Source of the DNA: Trichoplax sp. H2
Taxonomy: Eukaryota
Assembly: GCA_003344405.1 (NCBI GenBank)
Contig: NOWV01000010.1
Coordinates: 62,001 to 126,000, forward strand
Direction of reading: 5' to 3'
Length of the DNA stretch: 64,000 nucleotides
The notes under the pieces are model-generated. The model did no database searches. It saw only the letters and a program-made list of their open reading frames with translations, and was not told the DNA's origin. Numbering within the stretch: position 1 is the stretch's first letter; every line of letters starts with the position of its first letter. The translations under genes and the position numbers were made by a program. This document shows, piece after piece, positions 54,600-64,000 of the stretch.

Positions 54600-55832
54600 C
54601 TACCACGTTCTGTTAGCCAGGACAGTATCTTTAAGACATCTTAGGCAACGAGCCGACTTGCTCTTTAATGAAACAGCTAGTATAATAGAATTCTTATTGC
54701 TCGACCTGAATATTTCTTCAATCAGCTGTCTAGCTAAGACCACATACGTAGGCTAAAGCAGGTATAAAAATACAGTAGATTGGTACCAGCTGAGAAGGCT
54801 AATATCGTATGCGAAATCTTATCAAACAGTGCTTAACTATTTTCTGATTATATATAACATATATATAAATTATACAGTAGGCTGATAATGCTACGCTTAT
54901 TCATTCCTCCGTATCCTATCAATCTCACCTCTTCTATCCCAAATAAAACTTTACAAGTATACACATTAAGTGTATTATTATTACTATTATTATTATTATC
55001 TACGCAACTAGCACCAATACCATGAGAATGTCCAACAGCTTCCGCTTTTATCTAGAGGTAAATAAAAAATTTACACAGTCCTTCTTTAAAATTACATTAA
55101 CAAATTGTGAAATTACCGCTGGCTGTGAAGCAATGCCTTTAAAAAAATTGCCTCCACTTTTAGAAAGATTAGATAATTACAATCGTGCAGTATCTCAACT
55201 ATAAATCAATACAAGCCGCCATCTTACGGGGGCTTCTAAGAATTTTCTCTTAAAATTCTCTGATATAGTACACTTTGCATGAAGCTTTCTGATATTGTGT
55301 ATGGGTGAATACAAAGCACAGATCAGCAGCAACATGCAATGCTAGTGACAACAACACATCTGAAGATTCAGATAGCACAGGGCAGTAATAAATTTTTTCG
55401 TGTAAGGAGATTCTTACCATTGTACCAATTCTTCCGTACTGTGTTACATAGATGAAGATCTGGTTTCCAAAATTGGAGCATACGATCGCTGTTGGTGTAC
55501 CATCCACATTGACAAACGACTAAATACAATCATATAATCCTTATTATAATTATTTATCCACATCGGAGTAATCATTTACAGCCATATTATAACTACAGTA
55601 AATGCGTTATAAGAATATTGATAATTAATTTACAGTTAGTTTGGTCTGTGTTTAAGGTATTAAAGCAATCAATAATAATTAATACATAAACACATGTATA
55701 ATATTATAAACACGGAATAGACCCATACTCACAACTATAGCATCTACGAGAGCAGGACTAATGAATTAATTAATTAAAAAGGATACAGCAGTGAAAATAG
55801 TCCCTCACCTTTTTCGACTGTACCGTCACCAT
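54600..55832 (-). CDS. PSMG3: Proteasome assembly chaperone 3 (PAC3)
   Basis: MVTVQSKK|SFVNVDGTPTAIVCSNFGNQIFIYVTQYGRIGTM..VYTCKVLFGIEE|PTYVVLARQL..SIILAVSLK..NRTW*. One internal junction (55418 to ~55050) is unresolved. Confidence 0.9.
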
Positions 55833-55999
55833 CGCCCTGCTTGCCAAATACTGTATATAGAAATCCCCAACTGTAAAATACCCTTGATGTCGTTCACAAC
55901 TTGCTTGCATCAACGTTTAGCGCATTTAAGAATGTACAGTACATATTATACTGTATTTCATTCAGCAGCAAGAATGATTCCGTGTGATACAACTTGGGT

Positions 56000-56345
56000 T
56001 ACCGTACTGTACTGTACGTAGCTTCAACTTACTGTGTACTGTACACTGTACAGTACCGTAAATCATGTTTACCACTCGTGATAGTTTATTGATGACAGCG
56101 TACTGTACTCAGTACACTGCACAGTATAGTAATTTCACTACTGTAATAAGATTCTTGTCCACTTGTACAGTACTGTACAGTACAACACAGTACAGTACAG
56201 TACAGTCGTGTGTGCACTACAGACTGTGCAGTACAGTACAGTATAGTGTACTGTACTGTACAATGTACTGTACTGTACAGTACTAATCTTTGACTATCCC
56301 TCCTACAGAACAGTATAAATTACAGGTTCTCTTTACTGTGTACTG
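56000..56345. repeat. TACAG/CTGTA array in the divergent PSMG3 / TMEM38 promoter
   Basis: Dense tactgtacagta units between two head-to-head ATGs (55832 and 56380). Confidence 0.9.
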
Positions 56346-56379
56346 AACTTTACTGTTCTGAACGTAATTTCACACAAAC

Positions 56380-59085
56380 ATGGATGGTGAGGTTCATTCG
56401 TAAGTATCGTATAATTGACTGAACAAATTTAGCTTCAAGATCGCTAAATGGCAGCGCGACGTTTTAGAGTAATCTGTTTATTCATTGTCTTATTATTTAT
56501 TACTAGTCATTAATTAATAAAGTGTGCACTGCTGTACGTATGTAGCGTGCATAGAAGACTTTAGAGTACACTGACTTATTATATTAGACTTACTACTTTT
56601 TAAATAAACATTTTCATTGATTTGTTCCGTCATTCATGGTAGGTTATATACAACGGCTCTAAACGAATTTGCGCGAATTCCTATCTTTCCTTATTTGCAG
56701 CTCTGTCATATGGTACTTTGCGCGATGAAACTAAGAAAAGAGCAAGGTTAGTTATATAGCATTAATTAAATAAATAAATTGTGCAACAGTTGGTCACACC
56801 CGTTCGTGCTTTGATGAAAGAAATTTACGGCGTGTTCACGTTAAATTAATTAATTATTGATCGATATCCACCAATTTAGTATTATACTGTACTCGTATTT
56901 CGTATAACATATTGTTACGGCGAGTGCGAAATAATGATATACTGCATACGTACGTAGACAAAATCCCTTACGGTGTATTGAAAAGTTTCCATATAAATAA
57001 AATTGAAAAACAAATGTAGCTTAATTAAACTGACGTATAAATACTCGCATTACTTGCACATACTGTGGTCAAATACCGAACTGTATTACTGTAATGTACT
57101 GTATTGTACAATAGCGTACGTTGGTTATTATTTGAAGTATATTTTATATACTGTATATATAGTATCACGAGCTGGAAATGATTCCAGTATTGATTTATTC
57201 TGTCTCTGAGGTTCGGCATAAGTCATCGACTATTAAATATAGAATAGCATAATAAAGGAATTTTATTCGCACGGTATGGTATACGGTTTAAGCTAGTACA
57301 ACAATAGCAATTAACTTAATAATATTAAAGGACTACGTACTGTACATTGTACAGTACACATAGATTATACATAACATATATAACATTCTATAGCTATCTG
57401 TCAGCTTAATTAATTAAATTAGCTTCAAGAAAATTTACAGTACAGGACTGTGCTATAAAACAGGCATAAATTTATAATGAATTGATTGTTATTTTCGATC
57501 TAATGTAGTGTATGTATGCCGATAATAATTGCCAAATTTACATTAAATTACAGAAATTATGCAGATAACCCGAACGTTTCCGTTGGCTTCCTTTGTATCA
57601 TTCTATTTTACTACAGTTTCTGGTACAATTTTGGCTAACTTTTTCACCGGTAACCGTATCTTCCAACCGTTAGAAAGTAGTGACAAACTCCTGATGGCGC
57701 TCTTGATATGGTATTACTGTTGCTCTAAAATAATTAGTTTGCCTCTCACTTAATTAAGCCACATAATATTATTAGTTAATATGCGGACAAAAAATTTTAT
57801 ATAAGATAGGGTAGGATTGTTATTGCCATATTACTTGCACAAGTTTATAGGACTACGTAGCTTTAACTAGTAGGGATAATGCAAAGAGCACGACATCCGT
57901 TCTTATGGCTAATATACTCCTACGTGTAGTTTATATGAACTCAATAGCTCGCACTTTTAGTAATGTACTACAGTTAACAAATGAAATATTCTTTGCTCAT
58001 TGCGCAGTATTGTCGCTAACTTATAAGACTTAAGTAAAAGCAAAATTTACCTGAGATAATTGGATCACATCCAATCTTATTGCGACCTAAAAATAGTTTT
58101 ACTTTTCAGGTACTTGTTTTTTTGGGGACCTGCTGATAAAGTCATGTCAGTAGCGAGCTGGAAGCCTGTAAAGGTAGTAATATCGTTAATGGTTTACATA
58201 TTTTTATACCAGTGACATTAACTCTTCAAATACTTCTAGGATGAACGCTTGTTTTACCTAAATAAGACATTAGCTAGATACCATAAATTCTTTACTCTTA
58301 GATCATTATTACATCAATGAAAATGATGAAAACTGCTAAGGATGTACTAATTGGCTCAAAGTTGGGGTATACTGCAAACCCATCATCTATCATAGCAACG
58401 GTTTTACCTGCGGTCAGCAAAAGCTGCGGAGGCTCTATGTTTGGTCCCATACACAGAATGTTACGTGGTTCCTCTAAAATCGAAGATTATAAGCATGAAT
58501 TGCTAAAGCCATCATTGTAGGAAGTCTACAGTAGCATCGTTAACAATCTCTGATTAAAATCGACGCCAAATATTTATGTTTTCTATATACGAGTGCATAG
58601 TTGCGCACACCGGGTGAATTACGTGATTTTACTAGTGACATTATTTTCGGAGATTTCGACAATAGAAAATCTATTTCTATATTGATATGCTAGTCTATTC
58701 TATATTTCTGAAGACATGTACATGTACTGTAGACATTATCAGATTATACTTTTTATACGGCCTTGCTGCATCGTTGCTAAACAGCTTTCTTTAACTTATT
58801 GTTCCGACTAATTTTGGGTTCCTTTTTTATATTGATAATATTAGGAATTTAAGGATTGCCGTTATAACTAGCATCCTTTACCACTATCAATTTCAAAGAG
58901 TGATTGACGTCACGAAAGAAACAATTTTACTTGGATCGGCCATAATATTTGTAGCTTTCGGAATTCTATCAGTGATTATGGAAAATTCTATCAACCCATT
59001 TGCTTCTATTGAGAAACTTATATATAACATATTGATGATTGGTTCAAGTCAGGAAGATAAAGAAAAGAGAACAAAGCAGGATTAA
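56380..59085 (+). CDS. TMEM38: Trimeric intracellular cation channel (TRIC/TMEM38 family), divergent
   Basis: FARIPIFPYLQLCH; RTFPLASFVS..SGTILANFFTG; LIW|YLFFWGPAD..KPVK|IIITSMK; KSCGG..RMLRG..ELLKPS; NPFASIE. This is the TRIC motif order (FP.F, P.ASW, WYL.F..P, PVK, KG.GG, L.RG, EIL..S, .PF). Confidence 0.85.
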
Positions 59086-60663
59086 AACTACATTTTACGT
59101 AGTCAATTTTAATGCTATTAGAGCTTAAAGTAATGTTTCCCAAACTTACAATCATGCCTTTCGTATTCGCACGTAAAATGCCAATAATTTAAGAGCGCGA
59201 TCCGCATTAAAATCGGCGTAAGGTTTTATGAAGCATTCATTGGCATCAAAGCTATCGGCAACTGGATCATGCAATCCATAACTAAAACCTTTTAATTTTT
59301 TATTTATTTTTATCGTATATCTATGTTACATGATTGTAATTGTAATTAAAAGGGAAGAATTTAAATGTGCGTTTTAGTGCCTTTCCTCAGATCTTACTTT
59401 GCAATAGTATGTTATGCGAAGTACCTTTCAGCTAACACTGTCGTACCATAGTCAGCAATTCATTTTAACTAACCAAATATTAGATAACGTGCTAGCAGCA
59501 TTATAGCTCACAAGCGCTTCATGGCGCAACCACAAAGCCATCTGTCCAACTCGTAATCAAGGTGACGTTACTTTAACGTTGGAAAAGAAGCACCTATTGT
59601 AATGTACAGTATAGATCTGGATACCTCTTTAACTGCATTGCGAATAATGAGCTACAGTATATCTATCCTAAATTATATATGGTAAAAATCAATGATAATA
59701 ATTACGCGATGACACTGATAATTATAACAAACCATTCAGCTTTTATCATAAGAGTGTAACTATTTTTGTTCTACATCGTAATGTATCCTTCGAAATTATT
59801 TTATAGAGCACAACTACGTTCCTCACCAAATATAGTATAACGTAAATACGTAAATAAAATAAATTACGTTTTAGTTTTTGCCTTCACAATCTCATGTACA
59901 TATTCAGAAGCAAAGCATACCTCATATTATGCACGTTGGCAAGTAATAAGAATTCTGAAATCATGAAATATCAAGCTTTGCACTGATACAGTTGCTTACG
60001 CCGTTATGAATACCTCTTATTTCCTGCTGTATATGCTCAGGCAAAAGATTTCTCTCCAAATACAAAAACTTTGCAAAACTGGTTTGTAGCAAGGTTGCAG
60101 CAGCTGTAAGAATAACAGTGACTACTAACAATAGTAACCATTTCTGAATAGACTGTATGTTGTGGCTTTATTGCCTTCACAATGTTATTTCCTTTATTAC
60201 GACTGTTAACTAAACAATCGATTACTAATCAAGAGCCATTCCTTCTCATAAAGCAAAATCAAACTAATCCCATCTAGTATGATAGCGTAACCATAAGCAA
60301 TATCACCTAAGTAAAGTCCTATATAGACTATTCATAATACTAACTGTACAAACAGTAGTCAAATTGCATAATACATCTTGAAAAATTAATTTTACCAGAA
60401 AGAATTCTTGGACATAGAACATGCTATGAATCATTCATTTAATACTCCACAAGCACAGAAGAAATAAATTTCTAGCATTATATACAGCATGATTTTATAT
60501 GCAGCAAAATATTAAAACTAGTAGACGCCGTGGCTGATTGTTTAAAAAGGATTTGCCTCCTATTAATTAAGATGATACAGAGGTGATCCCAGAACACATT
60601 TTATTGTTAAAATGTATAATACTTATGGGGCTCTATTATACAGCTAGGCTCTAATCATAGCTA

Positions 60664-62381
60664 TTAACGTTTCTGCAATCTTCTTCTCTTGCCCGGACGT
60701 TTATTACCGGCCTGATTGATTTTCATGCAAGCATATACGTATATAAAAACACAAACAAGGATAAAAAAATCAATTAACTGTAAGAAACTTCTACCACTAA
60801 ATATGGTCGTTTGCTGCTATCAATATAATTTTCCTTACACTACTGCGCTTCTTTCGAGGTTTACCATGAATCCCAGAGTCAAAAAATGACGTATTCGCGC
60901 TTGCACTAGTATTTTTTTTTATATTCTTTTTCTTTCTACCATACCCATATTTCATATCTTTCCTTCCCTTATTTGACAAACGCGGAGACCTGTATGCAGT
61001 ACGTTCTCAATCAGTTAATTTACAAACATGCCGTGCAATACCATTGTAAAGTAAGATATTTATATTTAAATAAAAGTACCTAGATTTATTTACGTAGTTA
61101 TCTACCGATTTCTGCGTTTTCATCTCAACTAAATTCGCACCTAACAGAATATGGACATAATACCGTATATTATGATTATGAATATAATATTTTAAGTATA
61201 ATAGGTAAATCATATACTGTATCACTGCGCGTATATAGAAGAAAAGAATCACCTTTATTTAGTTTCCCATTGGATTTTCCCGATTGGAGATTTTTTCTGT
61301 TAGATATTACCTCTTTTTCTACCTAAATGAGCGATTTAAGAGTAACGCACTTAAGACTACTGCATCTATAGTTATAATTAATCGCACTCCAACTATGTCC
61401 ATCCATACTACATATTTTAGTATGCCATATATCACATAGGGCCATGCAAACAAACCTTTTTCCCAAATTTTTTAATGAACTGGATTCTTTTCGCTTTTTC
61501 AAAAGATTTAATATTTTCTTGTTTTTCCAATAACTTACGGCGTATCTAAGAGCCCATAATATGTATATTCAGAGAAATTAAATTTACCTTAAAATGATAA
61601 AATCTCTTTTACATTAAAATAGTGAATTAATTGAGAAATGCAAGCTTAGATTTTAGTATACTGTCGTGTGATTACATTACACACTACATACTGTACTGCA
61701 CAGTAGCTACCCAATTTTACATCAGGTTTTCCCTTTATGAATACGATATATTACACGATCATACAACTAACAGACCTTCTGCATATGAATATCAGACTTT
61801 ACCATCTCCGCAAAATAGTCAGCTGGACGCTTTGTTATAACATTTTCCGAATGCAGTTTGGGGAGAGCTTCAATCACAGCTTTCTGAGCTTGCCTATAAC
61901 TGCAGATAAATAACAGTACTAACACTCTACTATGGGACTGTCTCCACACAATTATTCCTACTTTAAATAACATAAATTCTAATAAAACTTCTTACAATGA
62001 CGCTTCCCTCTGGAAATCATCATGAATTCTAGCTACATTATCATCACTAAAAGTTTTATCCACAGCTACTTCCTTTGTAGCATGCAATAGATCCTGAGCT
62101 AAGCAGTAACTTAGAGTTACATCAATCCTTTCCAACCAATTAACACCATCGAAAATATCGGAGAGTCTCCGACGCAAGCCTTCCTACGTTTCCGTAAATA
62201 AAATAGCAATCGAAAAATTATACGAACAGTACAAGTACAGCATAACTTTCGTAGATTATACATGATATACTCCATGTATATGATCCACTTTCACATCATT
62301 ACACAGATGTTCCACTACCAAAAGTTAGAAATTACTGACCGTATCGTTATGCTGTGTTCGATGTTCCGCAGCAACATCCAT
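60664..62381 (-). CDS. EBNA1BP2: rRNA-processing protein EBP2
   Basis: WLERIDVT, DDFQREASF|YRQAQKAV, KRPADYFAEMVKSDIHMQK, KKFGKKV, KDMKYGYGRKKK, C-terminal KRPGKRRRLQKR*. Confidence 0.94.
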
Positions 62382-62567
62382 TTTAAGACTGTTACGTGGC
62401 TAACGCTCTAGATTGGTCTTGTACAAACTACATATATATATGTACTGTATACAGTATATATATCTATATACATGAACTATCACCGGCGAACAGCAAGCAC
62501 TGACTAAGCCCAGTATAATCCAGTAAAGAACTGTACTATAGTTTTACTTTTATCAAAAAATATAAAT

Positions 62568-62782
62568 TTTGTACTTGTACTTGTACTGTACAGTACAGTT
62601 CTGTAGTGTACAGTACTGTATTTTATTTTGAAATTTTACACATGGTTTTACTGTACAGTACTGTACTGTACCAGGACTGTACTGTACTGTACAGTACTAC
62701 TGTATGGACTTGTAAAGACTACCGTGGTATTTACTGTAGAAGTCCCTGACTGTACACTGTACAGTACACTACAGTACAGTAA
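62568..62782. repeat. TACAG/CTGTA array in the divergent EBP2 / WDR36 promoter
   Basis: tactgtacagtacag units between head-to-head ATGs 62381 and 63168. Confidence 0.9.
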
Positions 62783-63167
62783 AACCATGTGTAAAATTAC
62801 GACTGTACCTACGAGCCTGACACGCAAACCGTCGCTTTACTGAATAATTAGTTGTACAGTACGCTACTGTACACTATAGTTCAGCACCATGGCATGGGCT
62901 ACGGTACTGTGCTGTTTACTTTGCTTTACCAACACCGGTACACTGAGTGTAACAGGGGTAACTTCCAAAATACTGTAGGGCCTATGGACATGGACCTCAA
63001 GATCTCGAGGCCCTTGCACTGTAAGGAAAAAGAGTGATACGCAAAGTACTCAAGCTCCTTTTCTGCACAGGAGGCTGCTGCAGGATGCTGCTGCATATTA
63101 TTAGCTAACAGCATTCAATTCTGATAGTTAGTTGTATCTATTTGCCGCGTCTGTTGGATATGTTGTT

Positions 63168-64000
63168 ATGGCTCTATCCAATACTTGCAGCAATCTTTAT
63201 TCATATTATCGAGCTATAGGATGTATCTGTAACCATGTACCCTATACGATTCAAATTAAAGGTGGTGAACATTTTGTCATTACCTCGATTGGGAAAACGT
63301 TTCACGTATATAATGTGAGATTTTAGTTTTACGACGTACAGCTATATTCTTTAATGAGCTTTACTTTTTATGTATCAACCCATTACACTGCTATATTGTA
63401 CAATTCTTCAAAATAATACCTTTTATTTCGTTACTATTTTGAACTAATTGCAACTGCGAAGTCTTCAAAACTGAAGCTATTATTTGAAGGTACGGTAGAC
63501 TAGCCTTAATGAGATACTGTACAGCGCTGTAATAAAGGAGCGGAAGGAATTTTACTGATATCTTTTTTATATAAATAACTACAGAACCGATCATATCCTC
63601 CATCTCGTCGAATGACAACTTTTAATACTTGTATTTCATTTCAGGACCGCAGCTTCCTAGCGATATCGAATGTCTTACAGTTAACCCTGACCTAATTTTT
63701 GTTGCCTGCTCTAAAGAGATCTTCTCTTTTCATCGCACAGAAAAAGTAATTGCATGCTGACCTTTTTTGCTAGCTCCTTATTCGCATAATTCTCTACTTG
63801 TGCGAGCCGTTCAGATTTTATCGAATGTATCTCTATTCTATGCTCATCAATTAATGATTGTTCTTACTATTTCGCCAGCGCAATTCCTTTATTGGCCACT
63901 TAGGAAGGATTCATTCCCTTGTTACATTCGGAGAATTTCTATTATCAATTGATGAGAGGAGCAACGTTAAAATTTGGTTTATCGAAACTGCAGGTTAATT
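63168..64000 (+). CDS. WDR36: WD repeat protein 36 / Utp21 (5' partial, runs off the window)
   Basis: SNLYSYYRAIGCICNHVPY..HFVITSIGKTFHVYN|SSKLKLLF..GPQLPSDIECL.. matches the Utp21/WDR36 N-terminus (F..FRALG..SN.IP, VTT.VG..FH.Y). Confidence 0.88.

Noticed and set aside
55778-55786. U12-type donor GTATCCTTT on the minus strand in PSMG3 intron 1
   Set aside because: A canonical GTGAGG donor at 55808 already gives an in-frame, family-consistent junction.

Overview
Eukaryotic, very AT-rich, gene-dense DNA with many short GT-AG introns. It looks like an early-branching animal and is Trichoplax/placozoan-like, but that is inferred from style and gene content, not proven. Hand-splicing gives 11 protein-coding genes, most only partly visible in the ORF track. 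In order: an Ig-FN3-mucin-stalk TM receptor (-), SMIM7 (+), FZR1/Cdh1 (-), a receptor with a Tie-like Ig-Ig-EGFx3 ectodomain and two catalytically degenerate PTP domains (+), CFAP144/FAM183 (-), a large MATH-like/GCN5-like GNAT/coiled-coil/PARP-type ART fusion (+), OGFOD1 (+), PSMG3 (-), TMEM38/TRIC (+), EBNA1BP2/EBP2 (-) and the 5' part of WDR36 (+). A variant but intact-looking U6 snRNA lies between the fusion gene and OGFOD1. Most notable: (1) the GNAT-PARP fusion, head-to-head with a ciliary gene across an RFX X-box; (2) the Tie-ectodomain double pseudophosphatase receptor; (3) palindromic TACAG/CTGTA arrays lying just upstream of almost every gene start; (4) an FZR1 with altered C-box and IR tail. 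Also present: a diverged inverted dispersed repeat, a ~100-bp tandem repeat and a probable haplotype duplication around an N gap. Family assignments come from remembered motifs, not database searches, and exon boundaries are manual predictions.
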